From Actinomycetes bacterium (GTDB lineage: Bacteria; Actinomycetota; Acidimicrobiia; Acidimicrobiales; RAAP-2), in NCBI GenBank assembly GCA_021810205.1, contig JAJZJC010000001.1, positions 8,533 through 72,532 on the forward strand: a stretch of 64,000 nucleotides of DNA, given 5' to 3'. The notes beneath the pieces were generated by a model. The model saw only the letters and a list, made by a program, of their open reading frames with translations. It was not told where the DNA came from and did not search any database. This document shows, piece by piece, positions 43,261-52,219 of the stretch. A program made the position numbers and the translations under genes. Position 1 is the first letter of the stretch; the number at the start of each line of letters is the position of its first letter.

Positions 43261-44634
43261 GTGAGCTCGATGATCGGCGTAGCCCGCAAGTGTTGGTTGT
43301 CCAAGTCGTTCCCAGGGGTCTGCGCTGTCGCACTGTTGGCTCTCGGGTCCGTCGGCCTGCTCGCGGGGTCGACTGCGGCGGCAGCCACCACCGCACCCAC
43401 ACTCGGCAAGGCAGCGCCCTTCGCGGTGCTCGCGGGCTCGACCGTCACCAACACGGGTGCCACGGTCGTCTCCGGGGATCTCGGGGTGTACCCAGGCAGT
43501 GCAGTGACCGGTTTCACGACAAGCACGACACCCGGAACAGGAACGGTTGTCAACGGGAAGCAGTACAAGGCGACATCGGTCGCCAAGACAGCCCAAGCGA
43601 GCCTGTCTGTCGCCTACACAGATGCTGCTCACGCACCGTCTACGCAGAACGTCACCGGTGAGAACCTGGCATCCAAGACCTTGACGGCGGGCGTGTACAC
43701 GTCGACCAGCTCGATGACACTCACAGGGACGCTGACCCTGTCGGGGACCACAAGCTCGGTCTTCATCTTCCAGGCGGCGTCCACGCTCATCGCTGGCACT
43801 ACAAGCGCGGTGGTGCTGACCGGAGGGGTGCAGGCGTGCAACGTGTTCTGGCAGGTCGGCTCTTCTGCGACCTTGAAGACCGGGACGAAATTCGACGGTA
43901 CTGTCATGGCCCTCACGTCGGCGTCGCTGACAAAGACAGTCGTCGTCTCCGGCCGTATTCTCGCGAAGACAGGTGCGGTCACCCTGCTCTCGGATCATGT
44001 GACCGTGCCGACGTGCAGTGCGCCGCCGAGCACCACGACCACCACGACCACCACGACTGCCACCACGAAGACGACGACCGCGCCCTCCTCGACGTCGGTC
44101 GTGCTGGGCGCAAGCGTCGACGACGTGGCGACGGTGACGGGCAACACAGCCGACGGGGTGCCGACGGGGTCGGTCCAGTTCTACCAGTGCGGCCCGGGCA
44201 GCACCCTGTGCGCGTCCACCACCGGTGCGGTGCTCACTCCGGCAGCGACCTTGAACGGCGGGGTGGCGACCTCGCCGAGCTTCACCCCGAGTGCGATCGG
44301 GACCTACTGCTTCGCGGCGGTCTACGCGCCGGCGAGCGCCAGCCCGTACAGCGCCTCCTCAGAGGCAGGTACTGCCACAAATGGTGAGTGCGTGACCGTG
44401 ACGGCCGCTGCGGTGCCGGTGACGACGACGACACCCCTGCTCCCGGCGGCGAGCACGCATACGGCGCCTCTCCCCGCCACAGTGACCTCTGCGACGGTGC
44501 CGTCTGTCCACACTGGTGAGCCGTGGGCGGGATGGCTCTACTGGGTGCTGGTGGCGATCCTCGGTGCAGTCGGGATCGGGTTGGTCGCCGACCGAGCACG
44601 TCGACACCGCCTGGGCCGCTCGGACGACGTCTGA
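43261..44634 (+). CDS. Secreted DUF3494 (ice-binding-like beta-solenoid) protein with a Thr-rich linker, an Ig-like domain and a C-terminal sorting-type signal
   Basis: Signal peptide, then LGKAAPFAVLAGSTVTNTGATVVSGDLGVYPGSAVTGF ... VFIFQAAS ... ACNVFWQVGSSATL ... GRILAKTGAVTL (DUF3494 hallmarks). C-terminus is PSVHTGEPW plus a TM segment plus RARRHR. Confidence 0.8.
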   Translation: MSSMIGVARKCWLSKSFPGVCAVALLALGSVGLLAGSTAAAATTAPTLGKAAPFAVLAGSTVTNTGATVVSGDLGVYPGSAVTGFTTSTTPGTGTVVNGKQYKATSVAKTAQASLSVAYTDAAHAPSTQNVTGENLASKTLTAGVYTSTSSMTLTGTLTLSGTTSSVFIFQAASTLIAGTTSAVVLTGGVQACNVFWQVGSSATLKTGTKFDGTVMALTSASLTKTVVVSGRILAKTGAVTLLSDHVTVPTCSAPPSTTTTTTTTTATTKTTTAPSSTSVVLGASVDDVATVTGNTADGVPTGSVQFYQCGPGSTLCASTTGAVLTPAATLNGGVATSPSFTPSAIGTYCFAAVYAPASASPYSASSEAGTATNGECVTVTAAAVPVTTTTPLLPAASTHTAPLPATVTSATVPSVHTGEPWAGWLYWVLVAILGAVGIGLVADRARRHRLGRSDDV

Positions 44635-44638
44635 GCCG

Positions 44639-45691
44639 GTGAGGTCCAGGGCGCGCGGCGTCGGCCGTGCCCTGCAGCTCCGCCTCGTCGCCGGCATCGT
44701 CTTGGTGGCACTGGCCGGGGTTGCCGTCGTCTACCCGTTGTGGTGGGACCACCGCTCGAGCACGAACGGTCATGTGCTGCTCCAACGCGGCCTCGACGCC
44801 AGCGGGCGCCGTACCAGTCGTGGCACACGCGGCCGGTGCGGTGCACCAGCGGGCGAGCCGACGGCTGCGACGCCGGAGCACCCGGCGGTACTCGAGATCC
44901 CGTCCATCGGTCTACGTGCACCGGTCATGGGCGGCATGAGCACATCGGTGCTCGACGTGGCGGTGGGGCACGATCCTTCGACGGTCTGGCCCGGTGCGCG
45001 TGGGGAGAGCATCCTGGTTGCTCATGACGTGAGCTATTTCTCCGGGCTGCGCCGCGTCCGTCCCGGTGCCCTTGTGATCTGGGTACTGGGCTGCAAGGAG
45101 ATGGACTTCCGCGTGCGCACCACTGCGGTGACCACGCCCGGCACCCGATTGGAGACGCCGCCGTCGGGATCGGGCATTGCGCTCGTGACCTGCTGGCCCA
45201 CGAACGCGCTGTTCTGGACTACCCAGCGCCTCGTGGTGGAAGCGACCCTCGAGACGGTTCGACGTCTCCGGGCTCCTGCGAACGAAGTGGCACCGCCGCT
45301 TGTCCACCTTCGGGTGCCTGCACCTCCCGCGCTCGCTGCGACGGGACTCGCGCTCGGCAAGTCCGGGGTCGTCGTCGGAACGCTGAGGATCACCGGGGCT
45401 CCTTCTCGCGCCTTCACCGAGGGCCCCCAGGTGCTCGCTATCGAAGGCGCCGCACTCGAGGATTACGCCGCTGCCGCCAAGACCGCCGCAGCGGCCAACC
45501 CGTCATGGTGGTCTGCGCTTGCCGAAGCCGGGGTCGGTCTCCCGGCGCCGTGGCCGATCGGCTACGTCACGAACGTCACCGTCTCCGTCGACGGCTCGGC
45601 GGTGCAGCGCGTGGTCCTCGCTTCTGCAGCCGCGACGGTGACCCTGGTGGTGCGCGGCGACGAGCTCCTCGTGGCGGCAGTCGGTCCGTGA
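44639..45691 (+). CDS. Sortase-family transpeptidase with about 170 aa of C-terminal extension
   Basis: N-terminal TM segment; His (ESILVAHDVSYF), Cys (IALVTCWP) and Arg (TTQRLVVEA) catalytic motifs. The GTG at 44639 lies 5 nt after the substrate gene stop. Confidence 0.75.
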   Translation: MRSRARGVGRALQLRLVAGIVLVALAGVAVVYPLWWDHRSSTNGHVLLQRGLDASGRRTSRGTRGRCGAPAGEPTAATPEHPAVLEIPSIGLRAPVMGGMSTSVLDVAVGHDPSTVWPGARGESILVAHDVSYFSGLRRVRPGALVIWVLGCKEMDFRVRTTAVTTPGTRLETPPSGSGIALVTCWPTNALFWTTQRLVVEATLETVRRLRAPANEVAPPLVHLRVPAPPALAATGLALGKSGVVVGTLRITGAPSRAFTEGPQVLAIEGAALEDYAAAAKTAAAANPSWWSALAEAGVGLPAPWPIGYVTNVTVSVDGSAVQRVVLASAAATVTLVVRGDELLVAAVGP

Positions 45692-45805
45692 CCGCCCTCG
45701 ATGGAATGCTCGGCGCCTTCTCGCTCGTCTCGGGCGACCTCGGCGCCGATGCGGTGGCGAAGTGTGTGCGACAGGGCTGCATGGCCCATCGACGGGCAAT
45801 CAGGG

Positions 45806-46708
45806 TCAGAGGAGACCATGCGATGCCATTTCCTCGACGGCCCTGACCTCTTCGAGCGCGACGTGTCGCCCTACCCCGGCACTCGAGGCCGGCACGAACT
45901 CCTTGGCCCGCTGGCTCCGGACCGTCTCGCGCTCGCCCCAGTAGTGCTCGACGATCTCTGTTTCCCAACCGTTCTCGGGCCATCGGAACGGCAGGTCGAC
46001 GATGGTGCCGGGTTCGAGAGATCGCTCGGCGAGGGAGAGGACCTCGGTGACGATGGTCCGCTGCTCGCGCTCGTCACCGGGATGCCCGACGCAATAGCCG
46101 AGCGGAAAGTCGAGGTACGCGGCACGAGGTGGCCGAACCCGCTCGGTGATGTCCCGAGCCCCGCTCACCGTGACGGTGGGGATGCCGCTCCGCTCCACGA
46201 CACGGGCGAGAATTCCCATCGCCTGATGGCACGCGGGACACAGCGGGACGACCATCACGAGGTCGGCCCCAGCCTCGTGAGCAGCAGCCGCGACGGCGGG
46301 TCCGAGCTCGGTCACGATGCGGGTGACCTTCTTGATCGCACCCAAGGTGCTCACGTGGAATGGCGAGGGAGCCCCGATCAGTCCCGCCGTCGCGAGCTCG
46401 ACCAACCGCCGGTAGGGGTGTACGACGTTCACGTCCTGGCGACCCGGCCGCCTGATCGGGCTGGGATGGCACGGCCGCAGCGCTGTGGTCGGGAGTGTCT
46501 GTGCGAGTCGCCGGCAGGTGAGGTCGTCGACGAATTCGAACGGTGGGTCCGCCCGCAAGTGGACGCCCGCGGAGCTGACGATCATGACGGTGGACTGCGA
46601 GAGAGGGCGCTGGAGCGGCACCAATGGCGGCGGACCCAGCCGCACCATCGGGAGCGGCGGCATCGGCTCGGTGATCTCGCTCATGAGCTCGAGATAGCCG
46701 ACGGGCAT
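45806..46708 (-). CDS. Glycine/sarcosine/betaine reductase component B (GrdB)-family protein, Cys form
   Basis: ADLVMVVPLCPACHQAMGILARVVERSGIPTVTV resembles the GRDB-family core, where selenoprotein members carry U. The start overlaps the upstream stop (TGATG). Confidence 0.65.
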   Translation of the reverse strand: MPVGYLELMSEITEPMPPLPMVRLGPPPLVPLQRPLSQSTVMIVSSAGVHLRADPPFEFVDDLTCRRLAQTLPTTALRPCHPSPIRRPGRQDVNVVHPYRRLVELATAGLIGAPSPFHVSTLGAIKKVTRIVTELGPAVAAAAHEAGADLVMVVPLCPACHQAMGILARVVERSGIPTVTVSGARDITERVRPPRAAYLDFPLGYCVGHPGDEREQRTIVTEVLSLAERSLEPGTIVDLPFRWPENGWETEIVEHYWGERETVRSQRAKEFVPASSAGVGRHVALEEVRAVEEMASHGLL

Positions 46709-47460
46709 CAGGACCTCGACGAGATCCGGCGTCGGAGGGCCGCGACGCTTTCCTTGAAGTAGGGCTGTTCGACCGACCAGAGCTGCGCGTGGAGCTCTTC
46801 TTCGAGCACGGCTTCGTAGGTATCTGCGCACTCGAAGGATCTCGCGAGCGTCGACTTCGTCCTCGCCAGTAGCTCCGTCGGCGCCGACGCGATGCGCGCG
46901 GCCAGCTCGTGGGCGGCCGGTACAAGCTCGTCGCTCGGGACGCAGCGGTGAGCGAGGCCGATCCGCTCCGCCTCATCGCCGGTCTTCACCTCGCCCGCCA
47001 AGAGGAGCGCCGCCGCGGTCGAGTAGGGCACGGCACGGCGCAGCAGCCACGTGTGCCCGCCGCCGGGATGGAGACCGAGCGCGAGGAATCGGGTGTCGAA
47101 CCTGGCGTCGGGAGCAGCGAGACGGACGTCGCACGCCAGGGCCAAGTTCATCCCTGCACCGACTGCCGCGCCGTTCACCGCAGCCACGGTGAGCATCGGG
47201 CTGCGCACGATCCGCTGGAAGCCCGCGTAGATGGACCGTAGTCCCGTTTCGTCCGAACCCTCGAGCTGCGCAAGGTCGGCACCTGCACAGAAGGCCGGCG
47301 GGGCACCGGTCACGACGAGCACCCGCACGTTGCCCGAAGATTCCATGGTGTCGATGGCGCGGACCAGCTCCGCGGAGGATTCGACCGAGAGCGCATTGCG
47401 CCGTGCCGGATCGTCAAGGACCAGCACGGCGTACGAACCGTGGTCCTCGACGCGGATCAT
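46708..47460 (-). CDS. Enoyl-CoA hydratase/isomerase family protein
   Basis: LDDPARRNAL, VLVVTGAPPAFCAGADL and AAVNGAAVGAGMNLALACD are crotonase motifs. Confidence 0.9.
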   Translation of the reverse strand: MIRVEDHGSYAVLVLDDPARRNALSVESSAELVRAIDTMESSGNVRVLVVTGAPPAFCAGADLAQLEGSDETGLRSIYAGFQRIVRSPMLTVAAVNGAAVGAGMNLALACDVRLAAPDARFDTRFLALGLHPGGGHTWLLRRAVPYSTAAALLLAGEVKTGDEAERIGLAHRCVPSDELVPAAHELAARIASAPTELLARTKSTLARSFECADTYEAVLEEELHAQLWSVEQPYFKESVAALRRRISSRS

Positions 47461-47518
47461 CGAGCGACTCGATACACGGTGCGCGGATGTAGAGCGGGGC
47501 CGCTGCCCGTCGTGCCTG

Positions 47519-47671
47519 TCATGCCAATCCCACTCTCTTGCCGAGGAAGATCTCGCCCACTTGGTCGTTGTGCAAGATGTCGAGACCGTTGCCCGACAGG
47601 ACGATCTTTCCATCGACGAGCACCGCCGCGTGATGGGCCACCTTCAGTGCGGCCTCGGCCTTCTGCTCGAC
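47519..47671 (-). pseudogene. Remnant of a LivF/LivG-type branched-chain amino-acid ABC ATPase (last ~50 aa only)
   Basis: VEQKAEAALKVAHHAAVLVDGKIVLSGNGLDILHNDQVGEIFLGK resembles the EQN...AL..AD.GYVLE.G.IVL.G....L..N..V...YLG tail. No Walker motifs are present upstream. Confidence 0.45.
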
Positions 47672-47687
47672 GTCTCCACCAGACCCG

Positions 47688-49370
47688 TCAACCGACGACG
47701 GGCAGCAGCAAGTGACTGGGGTGTGCCGCGTCGTGGTAGAAGGTGTCGGTCGCCCGAAGATGACCCAGGTAGTGCTGACCGAGCTGGTCAAGAGCCGCCA
47801 GGTCCAGCCGGATCCGGTGGCCCTTTTCGAACACCCAGCAGGTTGGCCAGATCTCGACGTTGAACTCATAGATCGTGCCCGGCTCGAGCGGCTGGGGATC
47901 GACGTGGGTGTGATAGGGGCTCGTCGGCGTCGCGCGGGCGGGATCCAAGGCTCGGTGGGACGCCCGGAGCCACCCCTCAGTCACCTGGCGCGCCGGGACG
48001 GCGACGTCGAGCATCTCGATCGCCTGCGCCAGCTCCGTGGTCACCGGCGGGACGTCCATGACGTTCACGATGAACTGGGTCTCGTCTGCAGACGACGATG
48101 CCCACAGGTTCAAGACGACCGGACCCGTGACCTCGGTGTCTTCTTCGAAGGGCTCGCTCGTGAAGGTGAGGATCTTGCGAGTGGTGTGGAGCATCCCGGA
48201 CTTGCCGCGAACCGACGTGCCGGTTCCGGGGAACGTCCATCCAGGGTCGGGATAGGTGTAGCTCGTCGGTTCGGCGTCGACGGGCGGTTCTTCCCAGCTG
48301 AGCCGCCCGTCGTTGAGCGACTCGGCCGCACCGGATGGACCACTCGCGAGGTACAGCTTGCGGAACTCGGTGCGCGCGAGCGGCCACTCGTGCTCATCGC
48401 GGTAGCCTTGGCCGTTGCGGACGAAGATCCGAATGGGTGGCTCGTCCATGACTCCGTTTTCCACGCCCTTGAGCCAGTAGTCGTACCAGCGGGTGAGCTG
48501 CTCTTCGACGTATGGGTTCAAGAAGAGCATCTGGGCGTCGCCGACGTTCACGAGGAGCTTCTTCGGACCCTTCACCTCGCAGAAGCCCTGGATGTTCCCG
48601 AGCAGATGGACCATCGTGCCCATCCAGTTGCCGATCGAGAACACCGGGACCTCGATCTCGGACAGCTCGGCGCGCCGACCCTCCCAGAACTCGTCGAACG
48701 TCGGGTGCAGAGCCTGTTCGCGCAAATAGTCGAAGGACATGTAGTCCTCACGCTCCGGACGGCCCTTGTAATCCATGAGGTGGCGATTGCGCACGCTGTT
48801 CGAGTACCAGTGGTTCTGGAACCCGGTGAAGTAGATGCCGCCCTTGAAGCAGAAGTGGCGGTAGAGGTCGAAGCATCCGTCATAGGGTGCGACGCAGGCG
48901 AGGTGCGGCGGCTTCTGTGCCGCAGCGAACCACTGGACCATCGCCAGGTAGGACTCGCCGATCATCCCCACCTTGCCGTTGGACCACTGCTGCACCCCGC
49001 ACCATTCGATCATGTCGTAGAGGTCCTGCAGGTCCTCCTCCGAGAACATGCGGTAGACACCCTCGGACTGGCCCGAACCCCGCGCGTCGGCGAGCACGTA
49101 CACGTAGCCCTTCGACACCCACTTCGCGATGTTGCCCGTCTCCCGGTACCGGTAGACGCCCATCGTCGGCAGGTCCACCGAGTCCTTGATGTACGGCGAG
49201 ACGGCATAGAGCACCGGATGGCGTCCCGATGCCGCTGGCCGGTAGACGTCGCACGCGATCCTGAGCCCGTCGCGCATCGACACCATGACGTTGCGGTCCA
49301 CCGTCGCATCGGCGCCGAGGTCACCGTCGCCGAGCTTCACCGGCGTCGCTTCCGATGCGTCGCCAGTCAT
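47688..49370 (-). CDS. CocE/NonD-family hydrolase (X-Pro dipeptidyl-peptidase S15 fold)
   Basis: DGLRIACDVYRP, ARGSGQSEG, NGKVGMIGESYLA (nucleophile elbow) and a C-terminal beta-sandwich region. Confidence 0.85.
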   Translation of the reverse strand: MTGDASEATPVKLGDGDLGADATVDRNVMVSMRDGLRIACDVYRPAASGRHPVLYAVSPYIKDSVDLPTMGVYRYRETGNIAKWVSKGYVYVLADARGSGQSEGVYRMFSEEDLQDLYDMIEWCGVQQWSNGKVGMIGESYLAMVQWFAAAQKPPHLACVAPYDGCFDLYRHFCFKGGIYFTGFQNHWYSNSVRNRHLMDYKGRPEREDYMSFDYLREQALHPTFDEFWEGRRAELSEIEVPVFSIGNWMGTMVHLLGNIQGFCEVKGPKKLLVNVGDAQMLFLNPYVEEQLTRWYDYWLKGVENGVMDEPPIRIFVRNGQGYRDEHEWPLARTEFRKLYLASGPSGAAESLNDGRLSWEEPPVDAEPTSYTYPDPGWTFPGTGTSVRGKSGMLHTTRKILTFTSEPFEEDTEVTGPVVLNLWASSSADETQFIVNVMDVPPVTTELAQAIEMLDVAVPARQVTEGWLRASHRALDPARATPTSPYHTHVDPQPLEPGTIYEFNVEIWPTCWVFEKGHRIRLDLAALDQLGQHYLGHLRATDTFYHDAAHPSHLLLPVVG

Positions 49371-49867
49371 TGTCCCCTACCTCCGATCATCGGCAGAGCC
49401 GGAGCGAACGTATCGGCACCCTGCGCCTCGATCCGCTGCCATACGACCTCTCCATCAGCCGTGTCGATATCCTCACTACCAGGGTACTGAGTCAACAGGC
49501 TACGGCCGGCACAACGCGCCGTCAAGGGACAGCCCTTTCGGGCCCCGACCACGCCGCCGCCGCGGGCATGCACTCCTTCTCGTCACGTGACGCGCTGGTC
49601 GTGGCGCACACCCACGGTCGGCGCGCCGGATATCGGTGCGGGGCTCGAGCACGACGCAGACCACGCCGCGCCGTGCGAGCTCCAAGACTGCGGCCAGGCC
49701 CGACGTTCACCCCGACGCGACCTCGGTCGCGCGAGAGGTGCCCACCACGATGGTAGGTTCGGACGTCTACCGTAGGCAACGCTCGGGCGCCAATCGTAGG
49801 CAACGCAGGACGGGGCCCCGCTTCGTCTCGCGAGCCGAATGTGGCGACGAACTGATGAGGTCCTCCA

Positions 49868-50809
49868 ATGCGCGTGATCGCACTCGAAGAGCACTACACG
49901 ACCTCAATGCTCCCGGTGGCCGGGCCGGCGCGACGTCCCGACATCGGTGCGAAACTGGAAGACCTGGGCACCGGCCGACTCGCCGACATGGACGCCGCTG
50001 GCATCACCCTGCAAGTCCTCTCGCCGTCATCGCCGGGTACGCACCTGCAGGCGCCTGCAGACGCCATCGCGACGGCGCGCGATGCGAACGACCGGTTGGC
50101 CGAGGTCGTCACCGCCCACCCGACCCGCTTCGCCGGCTTCGCCGTCCTACCGATGCCCGATCCGGATGCGGCCGCCGCAGAGCTCGACCGGTGCGTGACG
50201 GCACTGGGCTTCAAAGGAGCGATGGTCCACGGCCACGTCGCGGGCACCTTCCTCGACGATCCCGCGTTCTCGCCTGTGTTCGCGTGTGCAGAGAACCTGG
50301 GAGTGCCCGTGTACCTGCATCCCACTCCGCCGACGCCAGCGGTCTTCGAGGCCTACTTCTCCAATCTCCCCGGCCGCACGGGTGAGGCGCTGGCCGGCGC
50401 GGCGTGGGGGTGGCATGCAGAGACCGGCCTCCACGCGTTGCGTCTCGTCCTCGGGGGCGTTTTCGATCGCTTCCCGAGGCTGACGGTGGTCATCGGGCAC
50501 ATGGGCGAGAACATCCCGTTCTCACTCGCCCGCGCCGACTCGGTGCTCTCACCGATGGCCACCCACCTGAAGCGCCGGGTGGCCGAGTATTTCCATGAGC
50601 ACTTCTACGTCACGACGAGCGCCTACTTCACCCTCCCGCCGTTTCAGTGCGCCCTGGGGGTGTTCGGCATCGATCGGCTTCTCTTCTCGGTCGATTATCC
50701 GTTCTCTGACAACCTCGACGGGAGACGGTTCCTCGACAACGTGCCGCTCAGCCCCCACGATCTCGAGAAGCTGGCGCATGGAAACGCCGAGCAGTTGCTC
50801 GGACTCTGA
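49868..50809 (+). CDS. Amidohydrolase-2 (ACMSD-like) family protein
   Basis: VIALEEHY, VPVYLHP, VIGHMGE and FSVDYPF are metal-ligand motifs. Confidence 0.85.
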   Translation: MRVIALEEHYTTSMLPVAGPARRPDIGAKLEDLGTGRLADMDAAGITLQVLSPSSPGTHLQAPADAIATARDANDRLAEVVTAHPTRFAGFAVLPMPDPDAAAAELDRCVTALGFKGAMVHGHVAGTFLDDPAFSPVFACAENLGVPVYLHPTPPTPAVFEAYFSNLPGRTGEALAGAAWGWHAETGLHALRLVLGGVFDRFPRLTVVIGHMGENIPFSLARADSVLSPMATHLKRRVAEYFHEHFYVTTSAYFTLPPFQCALGVFGIDRLLFSVDYPFSDNLDGRRFLDNVPLSPHDLEKLAHGNAEQLLGL

Positions 50810-50842
50810 ATAGGCTTTCTAGAAGTTCGATAAGGAGAAACG

Positions 50843-52054
50843 ATGCGAGACGCCGTCATCTGCGAGCCCGTGCGCACCCCCGTGGGGGGCTACGGCGGAG
50901 CGTTGCGCGACACCAGCGCCGCCGAGCTCGCGACGGTGGTGGTGAACGCAGTGATCCAACGAACCGGGATCCCGGCTGCCCGAGTGGACGAAGTGGTCCT
51001 GGGGCACTGCTACGCGAACGGAGAGACGCCGGCGATCGGGCGCATCGCCGCCCTCGACGCGGGGTTGCCCGTCGAGAGTGCCGGCATGCAGCTGGACCGC
51101 CGGTGCGGCTCCGGCCTCCAGGCGGTGGTGTACGCGGCGATGGAGGTCCAGACCGGCGCCGCGGACCTCGTGCTCGCCGGCGGGGTGGAGAGCATGAGCC
51201 AGGCCGAGTACTACACGACTGCCACGCGGTGGGGCGCGCGGGCCGGCAACGTGGAGCTGCTCGACCGTTTGGCGCGCGGCCGCGTCACGGCCGGAGGCGC
51301 CCGCCATCCGATCCCCGGGGGGATGATCGAGACGGCGGAAAACCTCCGCCGGGAGTACGGCATCAGCCGTCACGAGCAGGATGAGCTTGCACTCCGCTCC
51401 CACGAGCGCGCTGTCGCCGCGCAGAAGTCGGGCATCTTCGCCGAAGAGATCGTCCCGGTCCCCGTGCGCCGGGGCCGCGAGGAACTCGTCGTCGACACCG
51501 ACGAGCATCCACGTGCCGATACGACCCTCGAAGCCTTGGCTGCGCTGCGCCCGATCTTGCAGCGCCAGGACCCTGAGGCGACCGTGACTGCCGGCAACGC
51601 GTCCGGGCAGAACGACGGCGCGGCGGCGTGCATCGTGACGCATCCCGACCTCGCTCGAGATCTTGGTTTGCGGCCGCTCGGCCGGCTCCTATCGTGGGGC
51701 GTGGCCGGCGTCGAACCAGAGCGAATGGGCATCGGGCCGGTGCCCGCCACCGCCAAGGCGCTCGGGCGCGCCGGGTTGTCGCTGAGCGACATGGACCTCA
51801 TCGAGCTGAACGAGGCGTTCGCCGCACAGGTGCTCGCGGTCCTGCGCGAGTGGCGCCTTCCCGACGAGGCGCTCGACCGGCTGAACGTCCACGGATCTGG
51901 GATCTCCCTCGGCCACCCGATCGGTGCGACGGGATGCCGCATCCTCACCACCCTTCTGCGAGAGATGGACCGCCGCGAAGCCCGATTCGGGCTCGAGACC
52001 ATGTGCATTGGCGGCGGCCAGGGGATCGCCGCGGTGTTCGAGCGGATGGAGTAA
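50843..52054 (+). CDS. Acetyl-CoA C-acyltransferase (thiolase)
   Basis: LDRRCGSGLQA (active-site Cys), NASGQNDGAAA, NEAFAAQ, GSGISLGHPIGATG and CIGGGQG. Confidence 0.95.
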   Translation: MRDAVICEPVRTPVGGYGGALRDTSAAELATVVVNAVIQRTGIPAARVDEVVLGHCYANGETPAIGRIAALDAGLPVESAGMQLDRRCGSGLQAVVYAAMEVQTGAADLVLAGGVESMSQAEYYTTATRWGARAGNVELLDRLARGRVTAGGARHPIPGGMIETAENLRREYGISRHEQDELALRSHERAVAAQKSGIFAEEIVPVPVRRGREELVVDTDEHPRADTTLEALAALRPILQRQDPEATVTAGNASGQNDGAAACIVTHPDLARDLGLRPLGRLLSWGVAGVEPERMGIGPVPATAKALGRAGLSLSDMDLIELNEAFAAQVLAVLREWRLPDEALDRLNVHGSGISLGHPIGATGCRILTTLLREMDRREARFGLETMCIGGGQGIAAVFERME

Positions 52055-52219
52055 GCGAAGGGGGACCGCTGTCGGGGTGCGAACGGCTGGGTGGCGTGAG
52101 CGTGCAGCCTTGAGGTGCGCCGACGATCCGCAGTCACCTTTCTGGCGCGGGCTGTCGCCGCAGCAGAGCACCACCCGGTGCGAGAGGCACCGCGGTGCTG
52201 ACGGAGGCTCTGACCGGGG

